A stretch of DNA of 44,046 nucleotides from Tubiluchus corallicola (Eukaryota > Animalia > Priapulida). Shown piece by piece: positions 25,280 through 39,098 of the stretch (position 1 is the stretch's first letter; each line of letters opens with the position of its first letter). Both the position numbers and the translations under genes were made by a program. Below the pieces are notes generated by a model. It searched no databases. It saw only the letters and a list, made by a program, of their open reading frames with translations, and was not told where the DNA came from. Location: the NCBI GenBank assembly GCA_030141605.1, contig JAQGDQ010001371.1, positions 1 to 44,046 on the forward strand, read 5' to 3'.

Positions 25280-25974
25280 ATCTAGATGATAAAAAGGTTA
25301 AAAATTGAAATGCTAAAAGCTCTTGCGCTGTACATTCGGTGCACTTGTTCCGCTCTCTGCAATTTCTACAACTAAAGTGAGGTCATGTGTAACTACAACC
25401 AGTATGTGACACATTGCTAAAGCAAAGCCGTCCGCCGCATTAGTTTCGATGTTGTTTCCATTTCCTTGTCGTTTTATACGGACTTTACGTAATTCTGCAA
25501 TAGTCTGAACATATAATAATTAACAGTTCTTGTAATCAGACACCTAACTTGTAAATGGTGTGTCTACTTACTGAAAAACATTTATATAAGTTACATATGT
25601 TAGCCAATCAGTGCTTGATTAAGTGTCCATAGTTTTTATTATAAATGTACTTATAATTGCAATGTTTCTTATCAAATAAAAATATTGTTCAAATTAATAA
25701 GGAGGAAGAATGGAACAATGTGGACGTGAGAGACCGTTGGGTCAAATATTCGGACGGTTACAACACCTAGTTATGGTACAGAACGAGTGGTAGCAATCGC
25801 TTGGGTCAGGGTGTCCTTTTTCCCAGTACAGGACCAAATACTCAAATAGGACTAAGAAGGCTCATGAAGACAGGAAAAAATGCCCTGTTCCTGTTGTGAA
25901 AGGTTCAAAAAACAGTGACATGATTGGGATTTGAACCAAGGACTTTTGGAACAGCAACTGAAGACCGTAATTAC

Positions 25975-26007
25975 CTGGTGACACGCCCTTCTGTAATGAA
26001 GAAGAAG
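25975..26007 (-). CDS. Possible 33-nt micro-exon (phase 2-2)
   Basis: ttttgtcag|CTTCTTCTTCATTACAGAAGGGCGTGTCACCAG|gtaatt preserves frame between the TM and tail exons; an internal ttacag would give a 16-nt alternative. Confidence 0.25.
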
Positions 26008-26091
26008 CTGACAAAATGTTCCAGTGAAAGATTTTTATGTTCATGCAGTAAAATTACAGACAGAATGAACTTGATAAAAACTTAGTCATAC

Positions 26092-26441
26092 GTCATTTAT
26101 TTCACCTTACACATTTACAATAGTTTCATGTACAATATCTAGTGAAAGGGCCTACAATGAACGTAATACAAATAAGAAATACTGCACAGGAAAAGCCTCA
26201 AACACTGTTCACCTATATGCGAAGGTAAATGTGTTGCGGGCAATCAAAAAGCAGGGCTTGTTAGATTCTCCCACACAGTGATAGAAAAAAAAGTAATGGA
26301 GATAATCTGAAAATTTAAAGTGAATCGTGTGATAAAAAAACATTAGTGCTTAAAATGGAATGATGTAATGAATGAGGCTCATATATGGAATGATATAAAA
26401 GATAGAAAGACTATTATATGTTAATAGTATGTAAAATTAAA
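26092..26441 (-). mobile_element. Dispersed repeat A, spacer copy
   Basis: Diverged copy of 1376..1721. Confidence 0.6.
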
Positions 26442-26453
26442 ATAATTCCTTAC

Positions 26454-26553
26454 TCTTGGATAAGGAATGCCGTCTCAGCAAGGATGACCATAATCACGGC
26501 ACACATTGTTGACAACAACGAGACAAACATTGTTGATTGTTTCACGTAGAAAT
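26454..26553 (-). CDS. Transmembrane exon G of the right cadherin copy (phase 1-2)
   Basis: gttttttgcag|...GA|gtaagg. Only the phase-1 frame is open: (N)FYVKQSTMFVSLLSTMCAVIMVILAETAFLIQ, a ~24-aa hydrophobic stretch; phase matches exon F. Confidence 0.75.
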
Positions 26554-27021
26554 CTGCAAAAAACAGTCGAAGAAGACGAAACCACATTATACATAAAACT
26601 TTTCTTAACGGTCACAACGAGCAAGTATTCCCTATCAGAAAATAAATTCGAATCGAACTGAATTTGAAAATTTCAGATCCGAAACAAATAAAAATTCAGT
26701 TTCAAAGGTTTGCGAAAAAATTTTGAAATCATTAATATTTCTTGATTTTGTTCTGCAGTAAAAACACTAACAATTTTCCTAAAGACAAGAATCGCAGCTA
26801 AACGGTGACGACTGCTTGATATTTCAATCGTTTTAATGATAAATAATAAATAACAAAGAAAGTTGAAGTGGAAAATTATTCATATCTATAATTTTAGGCA
26901 GCGAATGAATTTTAATTCGAAAGAAACAAATTCTAACGTTCATTGCTCACCCCTGGTATCAATGCAGAAAATATTATTACAAATTCAACTCATATTTTGC
27001 AGTTGAGCAAAAGAAGTTTGG

Positions 27022-28118
27022 TAAAGATGTTGATCTTCAACATTTCTTGTGGTGTATATGTTAGTACCAGAGATACAACTACTAAAGTAAGTTTGGAGTA
27101 AAGTAAAGATGTTGATGTAGCTGTAGATCTTCAACATTTCATGTGGTGTATATGTTAGTACCAGAGATAAAACTACTAAAGTAAGTTTGGAGTAAAGTAA
27201 AGATGTTGATGTAGCTGTAGATCTTCAACATTTCATGTGGTGTATATGTTAGTACCAGAGATAAAACTACTAAAGTAAGTTTGGAGTAAAGTAAAGATGT
27301 TGATGTAGCTGTAGATCTTCAACATTTCATGTGGTGTATATGTTAGTACCAGAGATACAACTACTAAAGTAAGTTTGGAATAAAGTAAAGATGTTGATGT
27401 AGCTGTAGATCTTCAACATTTCTTGTGGTATATATGTTAGTACCAGAGATACAACTACTAAAGTAAGTTTGGAGTAAAGTAAAGATGTTGATGTAGCTGT
27501 AGATCTTCAACATTTCTTGTGGTATATATGTTAGTACCAGAGATACAACTACTAAAGTAAGTTTGGAGTAAAGTAAAGATGTTGATGTAGCTGTAGGTCT
27601 TCAACATTTCTTGTGGTATATATGTTAGTACCAGAGATACAACTACTAAAGTAAGTTTGGAGTAAAGTAAAGATGTTGATGTAGCTGTAGATCTTCAACA
27701 TTTCATGTGGTATATATGTTAGTACCAGAGATACAACTGCTAAAGTAAGTTTGGAGCAAAGTAAAGATGTTGATGTAGCTGTAGATCTTCAACATTTCTT
27801 GTGGTGTATATGTTAGTACCAGAGATACAACTACTAAAGTAAGTTTGGAGTAAAGTAAAGATGTTGATGTAGCTGTAGATCTTCAACATTTCTTGTGGTG
27901 TATATGTTAGTACCAGAGATACAACTACTAAAGTAAGTTTGGAGTAAAGTAAAGATGTTGATGTAGCTGTAGATCTTCAACATTTCTTGTGGTATATATG
28001 TTAGTACCAGAGATGCAACTACTAAAGTAAGTTTGGAGTAAAGTAAAGATGTTGATATAGCTGTAGATCTTCAACATTTCTTGTGGTGTATATGTTAGTA
28101 CCAAAAATAAAACTACTA
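27022..28118. repeat. 94-bp minisatellite, right copy, ~11-12 units
   Basis: Reverse complement of 15878..17840 but about half as long. Confidence 0.97.
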
Positions 28119-28447
28119 CATCTTTTTTATTATTATTATCACATTCAGTACAATATAAAGCACACAGTGACATCAACTGTATCAAATTGTTATGTTTCAT
28201 ACACTATCGTTATCATAATAGAATAATTGTACTGCAGTGGGGCTAGAGAAGCAAAGGCTTGTATAAACCCACTGTCATGTGAACTTGATAAAAAAATGGA
28301 TGAGTGAAGAAAAAAAGAACTGGGAGAAAGATTAGATCACACAGGAAGGGTAGAAGGATGTACTAGTGGAAATGGTAGGAAGAAAGATAATAGATTATTA
28401 ATATAATATTTATCACACATCAGCATCGTGTTTCTGCAAACAAACAA

Positions 28448-29926
28448 GATGACACCAGCCTAATGTCCTGTCCCTTAGAAAAAGCCAGATAACTGGAGCT
28501 ACTGTTACTGTTACTGGAGCTAGCAAATGACACCAGCCTAATGTCCTGTCCCTTAGAAAAAGCCAGATAACTGGAGCTACTGTTACTGTTACTGGAGCTA
28601 GCAAATGACACCAGCCTAATGTCCTGTCCCTTAGAAAAAGCCAGATAACTGGAGCTACTGTTACTGTTACTGGAGCTAGCAAACGACACCAGCCTAATGT
28701 CCTGTCCCTTAGAAAAAGCCAGATAACTGGAGCTACTGTTACTGTTACTGGAGCTAGCAAAATGACACCAGCCTAATGTCCTGTCCCTTAGAAAAAGCCA
28801 GATAACTGGAGCTACTGTTACTGTTACTGGAGCTAGCAAACGACACCAGCCTAATGTCCTGTCCCTTAGAAAAAGCCAGATAACTGGAGCTACTGTTACT
28901 GTTACTGGAGCTAGCAAACGACACCAGCCTAATGTCCTGTCCCTTAGAAAAAGCCAGATAACTGGAGCTACTGTTACTGTTACTGGAGCTAGCAAACGAC
29001 ACCAGCCTAATGTCCTGTCCCTTAGAAAAAGCCAGATAACTGGAGCTACTGTTACTGTTACTGGAGCTAGCAACGACACCAGCCTAATGTCCTGTCCCTT
29101 AGAAAAAGCCAGATAACTGGAGCTACTGTTACTGTTACTGGAGCTAGCAAACGACACCAGCCTAATGTCCTGTCCCTTAGAAAAAGCCAGATAACTGGAG
29201 CTACTGTTACTGTTACTGGAGCAAGCAAACGACACCAGCCTAATGTCCTGTCCCTTAGAAAAAGCCAGATAACTGGAGCTACTGTTACTGTTACTGGAGC
29301 TAGCAAACGACACCAGCCTAATGTCCTGTCCCTTAGAAAAAGCCAGATAACTGGAGCTACTGTTACTGTTACTGGAGCTAGCAAACGACACCAGCCTAAT
29401 GTCCTGTCCCTTAGAAAAAGCCAGATAACTGGAGCTACTGTTACTGTTACTGGAGCTAGCAAACGACACCAGCCTAATGTCCTGTCCCTTAGAAAAAGCC
29501 AGATAACTGGAGCTACTGTTACTGTTACTGGAGCTAGCAAACGACACCAGCCTAATGTCCTGTCCCTTAGAAAAAGCCAGATAACTGGAGCTACTGTTAC
29601 TGTTACTGGAGCTAGCAAACGACACCAGCCTAATGTCCCGTCCCTTAGAAAAAGCCAGATAACTGGAGCTACTGTTACTGTTACTGGAGCTAGCAAACGA
29701 CACCAGCCTAATGTCCTGTCCCTTAGAAAAAGCCAGATAACTGGAGCTACTGTTACTGTTACTGGAGCTAGCATACGACACCAGCCTAATGTCCCGTCCC
29801 TTAGAAAAAGCCAGATAACTGGAGCTACTGTTACTGTTACTGGAGCTAGCAAACGACACCAGCCTAATGTCCTGTCCCATAAAAAAGCCAGATAACTGGA
29901 GCTACTGTTACTGCAGCTAGCAAACG
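28448..29926. repeat. 78-bp minisatellite, right copy
   Basis: Mirror of 14078..15547. Confidence 0.97.
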
Positions 29927-30004
29927 CTCACAAATTACGAATACATTTTTCAATTCTGCAAATCTCTGTTGCCGGTATTTTCCCCTTATCAAAGAGAAAC
30001 TTAC

Positions 30005-30186
30005 TTAAATTAGTGACGGTAACCTTGACGAAAGAGCAACGCTCCTCATCCTCTGCTGATCTCGTTGGAAAACTACAAGCTTTAAGAACAAAATCCAGTT
30101 TTTCCAATGGCCAGCTTTGCTCGTTTTCATTTCTCATTATCACAATACCCTCGTCATCTTCAGGATCAAAACGTAATTTGAGATAT
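30005..30186 (-). CDS. Cadherin-repeat protein, right copy, exon F
   Basis: Mirror of 13818..13999; AG/GT boundaries checked. Confidence 0.8.
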
Positions 30187-30198
30187 CTGTAAGAATAG

Positions 30199-30449
30199 AC
30201 CAGACGGTTTAGTCTAGTGATAACGCGTCTGGCTTCCGTCTGGGAGGTCGTGAGTTCGAACCAGCGGCCGGGTCATACCATATTAAAAATGGTACCTGCT
30301 GTTGCCCTGCCTGACGCGTGGTATTTAGGGTAAAAGTGGGGTAATAAGTCTCTGTTATGTAGTTGTAGGTTGTTATTTACAGTCGGCGATAATAGCTCTT
30401 TGAGCTAATGTTAATTGTTGACCCAAAAGCCGACTTTAAATGAATATTA

Positions 30450-30535
<86 letters not shown>
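30199..30535 (+). mobile_element. tRNA-derived SINE, right copy
   Basis: A-box-like and B-box (GAGTTCGAACC) head; (TTA)n tail 30 bp longer than in the left copy. Confidence 0.85.
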
Positions 30536-30536
<1 letters not shown>

Positions 30537-30768
30537 AGAGCCGGCATATATAAAAAGATTATTAGTTAGAAAACACCTCTGGCGTGTAGATGTATAAGAT
30601 TTCGAGTTCCACAATACAGTAACAAATACATTAGAGAAAAACACACACTGTTATATTTCAACATTAATCTCATTAAGATGTTTATCTTTCAATACACGGC
30701 ATTTTCCGATCCGGAGGTGTTCGAGTTATGCGTAGTTTTTTGCACGTGCAAACAAAATGTACGTGGGT

Positions 30769-32288
30769 GTGATAAGCGAGTGACCCAATGCTTCGCATTC
30801 CTGACTAGTTGTCATTGTGCTAAGCAAGTGACCCAATGCTTCGCATTCCTGACTAGTTATCATTGTGCTAAGCGAGTGACCCAGTGCTTCGCATTCCTGA
30901 CTAGTTATCATTGTGGTAAGCGAGTGACCCAATGCTTCGCATTCCTGACTAGTTATCATTGTGGTAAGCGAGTGACCCAATGCTTCGCACTCCTGACTAG
31001 TTATCATTGTGGTAAGCGAGTGACCCAATGCTTCGCATTCCTGACTAGTTATCATTGTGGTGAGCGAGTGACCCAATGCTTCGCATTCCTGACTAGTTAT
31101 TATTGTGGTAAGTGAGTGACCCAATGCTTCGCACTCCTGACTAGTTATCATTGTGGTGAGCGAGTGACTCAATGCTTCGCATTCCTGACTAGTTATCATT
31201 GTGGTGAGCGAGTGACCCAATGCTTCGTATTCCTGACTAGTTATCATTGTGGTAAGCGAGTGACCCAAAGCTTCTCATTCCTGACTAGTTATCATTATGG
31301 TAAGCGATGACCCAATGCTTCGCATTCCAGCGAGTGACCCAAAGCTTCGCATTCCTGACTAGTTATCATTATGGTAAGCGAGTGACCCAATGTTTCGCAT
31401 TCCTGACTAGTTATCATTGTGATAAGCGAGTGACCCAATGCTTCGCATTCCTGACTATTTATCATTGTGGTAAGCGAGTGACCCAATGTTTCACATTCGT
31501 GACTAGTTATCATTGTGGTAAGCGAGTGACTCAATGTTTCACATTCCAGACAAGTTATCATTGTGGTAAGTGAGTGACCCAATGTTTCGCATTCCTGACT
31601 AGTTATCATTGTGGTAAGCGAGTGACCCAATGCTTCGCACTCCTGACTAGTTATCATTGTGGTGAGCGAGTGACTCAATGCTTCGCATTCCTGACTAGTT
31701 ATCATTGTGGTGAGCGAGTGACCCAATGCTTCGTATTCCTGACTAGTTATCATTGTGGTAAGCGAGTGACCCAAAGCTTCTCATTCCTGACTAGTTATCA
31801 TTATGGTAAGCGATGACCCAATGCTTCGCATTCCAGCGAGTGACCCAAAGCTTCGCATTCCTGACTAGTTATCATTATGGTAAGCGAGTGACCCAATGTT
31901 TCGCATTCCAGCGAGTGACCCAAAGCTTCGCATTCCTGACTAGTTATCATTGTGGTAAGCGAGTGACCCAAAGCTTCTCATTCCTGACTAGTTATCATTA
32001 TGGTAAGCGATGACCCAATGCTTCGCATTCCAGCGAGTGACCCAAAGCTTCGCATTCCTGACTAGTTATCATTATGGTAAGCGAGTGACCCAATGTTTCA
32101 CATTCGTGACTAGTTATCATTGTGGTAAGCGAGTGACCCAATGTTTCGCATTCCTGACTAGTTATCATTGTGGTAAGCTTGTGACCCAATGCTTCGCATT
32201 CCTGACTAGTTATCATTGTGGTAAGCTTGTGACCCAATGTTTCGTACTCCTGACTAGTTATCATTGTGGTAAACGAGTGACCCAATGC
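30769..32288. repeat. 48-bp minisatellite, right copy
   Basis: Mirror of 11746..13265. Confidence 0.97.
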
Positions 32289-32613
32289 TGTACTACATTT
32301 AAACTCCAGAACATCAAATATGTTTAATATGCAGCAATTGTCGTTTTATATGTGGTCTCCCTGACTTCTGGCACTTGTAACTTGCAAAAAAAAACAATAG
32401 AAATCAACTACAACATTCACATCGTATCAATTGAATTGCATGTCAGGTAATGTCTACCTGGCCAACTACCTGGTCACATGACTGATGACAGTTAAAATGG
32501 CAAGACCAAATTTAACAGGTAGGGAAACGTGTATGTGCATAACAAATGCTTCGCATTCCTGACTAGTTATCATTGTAAGTTTACACTTCAACATCAACAT
32601 GCAACATTCTTAC

Positions 32614-33217
32614 CTTTTTTCACCAACTATCCAGTAGCGTAATATCCCATTTCCTAAATCACGTGCTTTAATTTTTCCAATAGTTGGTCCAGCGCTATCA
32701 TTGTAATAAAGTCGGTAAGAGCGACGAGTGAACAACGGATTCTTACTCAGAGTTCGTCGCACTACGACGGTAACGTCAACATCTTGTGTGAACACACCGT
32801 CGGTTGCACTCACCTTAAACACGTAATCGTTTCTTTTCCTGTCATGCAGTAAGGCTCTAGTCTTCAGGAGCCCCTGTGACGTCATGTCAAATTCACTTTC
32901 CCACTTATTTTCCGTTCTCATCCGAAACAAAACTCGCTTATCCGTTTGAGTTGAAGCTCGAAGCTGCAAAACAGCCGTGCCAATCGGGGCGTTCGCCATG
33001 ACGGACACGGTATAATTGCTTTGACTAAACGTTAGACCCTCACACACGACGCACTGAACGTAAATACTGAGCAGGGAGGTATCGTACCGGTGAATGGAGC
33101 GGGTCGCTGTGGCACGGACGAGGAACCGATGTGTCACGTGAGGCGTCAACCGTCTTGCAACTCTGACTAAACCAGTCAGCCTGCTGATGATGAACTTATT
33201 TTTTACTTTTGGTATTT
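32614..33217 (-). CDS. Cadherin-repeat protein, right copy, exon E
   Basis: Translation identical to the left copy (ORF 32610..33233); boundaries checked. Confidence 0.92.
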
Positions 33218-34573
33218 CTGAAAAGAGCAACAAAAAATATGAGACGCTCTAAAACCAACTTTCAAACAAAATCGGTTTATCATCCTGAAAAATGGTAATA
33301 ATATGCAGAAATAAATCTGAAATGAATCATTCAAATTTACAGTTCTTATGTAAATATGTAGTGTAGGCGACTGAAGCAAACTTTAGTTAATTATTTTTTG
33401 TTTTTATTCCTTTATTACTTCTTCTTCTTCTTCTTCTGCTGTTTCTCCTACTCTACACAGCTACTGTGTTTAGACATTCTAATGACATCATTACATTTTC
33501 ATGTTCGTGTTCCTATGACGTCACAATCATACACAATGACATCATCATTACATTTTCATGTTGTCATAACTGTAACGTCACAATCATACACAATGACATC
33601 ACAACCATACACAATGACATCATCATTACATGTTCATGTTGTCATACCTATGATGTCACAATCATACACAATGACATCATCATTACATTTTCACGTTGTC
33701 ATAACTGTACCGTCACAATCATACACAACGACATCAAAATATCCTCATTTTCTTGAACCTCATGAGTCAAACATGACCTTTCGTCTTAAATGTAATGTAT
33801 GTAATAATCTTTATTTGCCATTAAAATACATTGATAATCACTGATAAAAACTTTACACAGATGATCAATCAGTGTTAGTTAATAAAAACTTACACTGCTA
33901 AAGGCAAATGCGTCAGTGCAATCTAAACTACTTTGCAGTAATGACAAATAAAATCAAACATATTTACAACTATGCACAAAAATTATGATTTAATTAATAT
34001 GGCTGTGGGTATATGAATTCTAAATTGGTGTGTATATTGTCGTACTGGTGTGATGGTATTTCATATCTGGTTAATATTAGTGATTTTAATTTTGTTTTAA
34101 ATGTTGATAGGAACTTGATTTGTTTAGCCTGCAATGGTAGAGAATTCCAAATGGGTAGACAATGAACTTCTATCCTTTATTAAAACATCCCACCATTTCC
34201 AGTACACAGCTAAATTTTTAAATTCATATGATACTATTCTTAGACTTAGCTTTCAGGTGTTATAAATCTTTATTAATGGTGCATATCCAAGTTTGTTTGG
34301 CTGAAGGTAGTTTAGTAGGTTTCGCCTACTTCGTTTCATGCTAATCTTACTGGTGTTGTTTCTGGCAATCTCATTAAATGTCGTACCCATTATGTCTTCT
34401 CATTCTGATTTTAATGTTCCAATTCTCTCCTTTGCCTCTGTTTACAGCTGCTCATTTGAAATGAAATACGGCCATTTTATTTTTAACATATTTCCGAGTA
34501 GACTAATGTGTATTCCTCTTATTATGTTAAACATACATTTTTATTGTTCACTTTTTCAACTCATTTCATTTTT

Positions 34574-35449
34574 CCGGGCAAACCGTCTTGAAAACCCATA
34601 TGTACTTGACAAGAAGAGCCTACATGTCAGTCCTAATTCACTGAAGCAAGCAAACCGTCTTGAAAACCCACATGTACTTGGCAAGAAGAGCCTACATGTC
34701 AGTCCTAATTCACTGAACCGGGCAAACCGTCTTGAAAACCCACATGTACTTGACAAGAAGAGCCTACATGTCAGTCCTAATTCACTGAACCGGGCAAACC
34801 GTCTTGAAAACCCACATGTACTTGACAAGAAGAGCCTACATGTCAGTCCTAATTCACTGAACCGGGCAAACCGTTTTGAAAACCCACGTGTACTTGACAA
34901 GAAGAGCCTACATGTCAGTCCTAATTCACTGAAGCAAGCAAACCGTCTTGAAAACCCACGTGTACTTGACAAGAAGAGCCTACATGTCAGTCCTAATTCA
35001 CTGAATCGGGCAAACCGTCTTGAAAACCCACGTGTACTTGGCAAGAAGAGCCTACATGTCAGTCCTAATTCACTGAACCAAGCAAACCGTTTTGAAAACC
35101 CACATGTACTTGACAAGAAGAGCCTACATGTCAGTCCTAATTCACTGAACCAAGCAAACCGTCTTGAAAACCCACATGTACTTGACAAGAAGAGCCTACA
35201 TGTCAGTCCTAATTCACTGAACCGGGCAAACCGTCTTGAAAACCCACATGTACTTGACAAGAAGAGCCTACATGTCAGTCCTAATTCACTGAACCACGCA
35301 AACCGTCTTGAAAACCCACATGTACTTGACAAGAAGAGCCTACATGTCAGTCCTAATTCACTGAACCGGGCAAACCGTCTTGAAAACCCACATGTACTTG
35401 ACAAGAAGAGCCTACATGTCAGTCCTAATTCACTGAACTGGGCAAACCG
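34574..35449. repeat. 72-bp minisatellite, right copy
   Basis: Mirror of 8587..9462. Confidence 0.97.
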
Positions 35450-35507
35450 TTACATATTGTTACATGTGGCAGGTTCCTAACCCCAAAATGAAGAATTTGG
35501 TACGTAC

Positions 35508-35589
35508 CGGAAAAACTGTAGTCTATACTGCTGTTTGCTTCTTCGTCCACGGCTCTTATCAACCTGGGACGGACGTTAACAATTTGACC
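35508..35589 (-). CDS. Cadherin-repeat protein, right copy, exon D
   Basis: Mirror of 8447..8528 with one synonymous difference (ATC to ATT, Ile). Confidence 0.85.
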
Positions 35590-36748
35590 CTGCAAATAAT
35601 CAAACTGTGGACAATTCCCCACACACACAGGAAGTGAAGTGGCTTAAACCAGTATTAGTTAGGAATTCAAAATTAGGGTTAGGGGCCTGGAATAGAACAC
35701 CCGCGACAAGTGAGGGAACACTGTACATTGTATTCAATCATCTTTTTAATTACTGTTTTAACCTTACAACCTACACATATACATATTCATATACATATAC
35801 ATATGCATATACATATTCATATTCATATACATATTGATATACATATTCATATACATATTCATATACATATACATATCCATATACATATTCATATACATAT
35901 TCATATACATATTCATATACATATTCATATACATATTCATATACATATACATATACATATACATATATATATATAAACTACCATTTGCATATGAATATAT
36001 ATTAGGTCACCGCCCCCTGCCCCCTGACACTCCCACAAATGTTTGACTTATGCAGCTCTGGTTTCATGTTATTAGAATATCAAACTCACGTTTAGCGTAT
36101 GGAAAGCCACATGCCACACTTTCAATATACAGCTATAACAAGTTACTTTTCTAATAACGGTTATCGTAAACAATTCAATTCACTTTATTTTTCTCCACAA
36201 GAAGCAACAATTGTTGCCATTTTATAATGAAAAGCAAAATTCATTTTATAAGGAAAAGGGCCAGCGAATGGTCATCAGAGAAGAGACCGTACGGTCATCT
36301 GGTCAGCTGCAGTAATCAAAACAAAGATTATTTTGATAGTTGTTCTAATCAAAAATCTCAACATATCTTCATTAAGCAGTAGAGTATGCTCTACCATACG
36401 CCTTTTCACGTGCAGTTACTGTAGATTAAATGTTGAGTGGACCACAGCAACATGTCTTAACTACAGCCGTCACGTGGCATCTAGGTCTGCCACATCAGTT
36501 CAGTAACTTCAGTTGCTTCACTTAATTATGCATTAGTTTGTATCTAGAGTGATTGAATTTGATATCACAGATTGATGATACTAGCAGCATCTTGCTTGGA
36601 CAGAGGAAAAAATGAACTAGGTAAGGTTCTAGGTATCCGTTACAACTACTACGATTACAACAGCATGGGCTGCGTGGTGTACACAAACGTATTCTTAGCT
36701 TAACTCATCAATTGAGAAGTAGCGTGACCACTCCGTTGTTTCACTCAC

Positions 36749-36874
36749 CACATAAGCTGTTTCCAGTACGGTTGCTGTATAAATATCCGTAAGGAAGGTG
36801 GGATTCATATCTTGAGAAAACACCACCTGCACGGTGAGTCGAGTGACAGACGACAGGGGGACTTCTCCTTTATC
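36749..36874 (-). CDS. Cadherin-repeat protein, right copy, exon C
   Basis: Mirror of 7161..7286; boundaries checked. Confidence 0.9.
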
Positions 36875-37823
36875 CTAGAAAGTTGTGAAGTTGTTATTGT
36901 AGAGTCAGATTGCACTAGTAGTCATGAATTATCAACAATTTCAATAAGAATGACATCTTAACATTGCTACAGTAAACTACGTGTAATTCAAACACCACGG
37001 GAACAGAAAATTTGTTCGAGTTGTGAAAAAGTAGGAGTTTATAACAAAACCAGATTGAGTCGCTCGTCAATGTTACACTGTACAGCCTGTGAAAATGACA
37101 AATTGAGCCTTTAATAAAATATCAACTAACAATTTTTACGAATAAAATCAAAAATATAATGACTGGTACAGGATATAATTTGAGTAGCACGTTTAATAAA
37201 ATTCTATCAATATTAACAATAATATAAGAAAATACATTATATTAAATACATTAAATGTGATCTACATTAAATACTTTCGTTAAGCCATGTTGTGTGCAGT
37301 GTTGTGCTAAAGTATTCGAGTCATACCAGTTCTAGTTATACGCAGCTTAGATATCAAACTGTATACATTGTAAATTATTGTACGCCAACGAACTACTCTC
37401 TTTGCTGGGTGGGGGTTGCGCATCAAACCTAAAATTATAGATTCGAATAATTCAGCACTTCAATCACATAGGTTCTTCATCATTAAACTCTTTGAAACAC
37501 CAATGCAAGTACCACAATTTAGCTGCAGTTTCTGTGCAAAATTTTTAACAAACTAATAGCAGTTTTACTAGAGAACAAAATCTAATCGCATGATCATTGC
37601 AGGCCATACGAAAATCTTTCAAACTCAACCGGAATTTGATTCGGGTTCGAAAAACCGAAATTCGGTTTGATTCGAATTCGCTAACCGATTGAGAATGCTT
37701 ACCCCCACTTTTTACCGTACTTCCGAAACCACTACCTGTATTGTAATGATACAGCGTGGACATAAATGAACTCTTGAACACTGAACACTGAACACTAAAC
37801 TAATGAGTTGCTAAGTAACACAC

Positions 37824-37925
37824 CTGAACTTTTATAATGAGAAAAAATTCGGAGGTGTTGTCATAGTCCATATGCTTTTTCAGTATTATTGCTCCGGACG
37901 TTTTATCAGGTATTTCAAAATATTC
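37824..37925 (-). CDS. Cadherin-repeat protein, right copy, exon B
   Basis: Mirror of 6110..6211; boundaries checked. Confidence 0.88.
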
Positions 37926-39098
37926 CTGAAAAATAGAAATTTATTCACTTCTACGATTTCTATGACAGACTAGATGAATTTCCAGAAAAGTGGAACCATG
38001 AAGTCCTACTAATTTGACTGAAGCCTGAATCCGAAAAAATTGTTGTCAGTTGAAATATTAGCAGAAAAGGGTTAAATTTCAATTCAATTCAATTTCAATT
38101 TATTTATCTCTTTGTAGTGTTACAATAAAGCATGATTAACAAAACAATCTCTAATAAGTTTTGAAAAACGGTTAAAATGTACAGATAGATCTAGAACTAG
38201 AGAAAGGATAGCGAAAAGATTATAAAGTCACCTAGTCTGCTATCCTTTACCAAATATAGATAAAAAGATTTTTAGACACTGGCGGGCATTAATGTTATCA
38301 GTTTAATTTAGGAAACATTAGTAATTTTTAAACTTATGACACTTTCTATATAATCCAGAGAAGAGAATATACGTGTAGTTTAATTAGCGAGCAACAAAAT
38401 AAGGTCAAGCTTGGTTTACAACACAAATAAACAAAATGGCCGCAAAGTTTTTGAGCGAACAAAGAAGTTTCCAGAAAATTAACAATAAGAGGCAATTATG
38501 ACACCTATTCAGGGCGGTCGGGAATCCATTTCTGTTACTTTTATTTCACGAATCGCCGCCGTTTTCAAAATGGACGCCACACAAGGTGAATTTATGCCAA
38601 TCATGCAACTATATTTACTATTTCACCTAAAAATTTATGATAAAAACAAAAGGCAAATTATTTTTATTAATTTGGCATCGTTAAATCTAAAACGCTACTA
38701 CTATACCTCAAATGGAAATCAAAGCGACTTGAAGAGGGACAAGCGACACACAAAATGGCTGCCAGGTTTGGAGATATATTCGGTCTAGGGGAAAGGTAAG
38801 AACTTGTTCTCTTGGTGCAGACGTTATAAAACTTTGCGGAACACTAGAACTATCAAAGTGATTAACTTTGGATAAGTATTTACCCTAAAATTCTAAATTA
38901 AATGTGTATCATGCGTAGAAGAGCCTATACGGAGAATCAACGCAACATTCTTGTCACATTCTTTACAATTGTCAGATGTTTTCCAGCATAGAATCTACTG
39001 CAGAACAAGAAAGGATTTGATCCACAGATTCTGCGTAGTCTTTCCATGGTAATTTCTACTATAAAAATTGCATTCAGTCTATTACTTAGGTGCCATTA

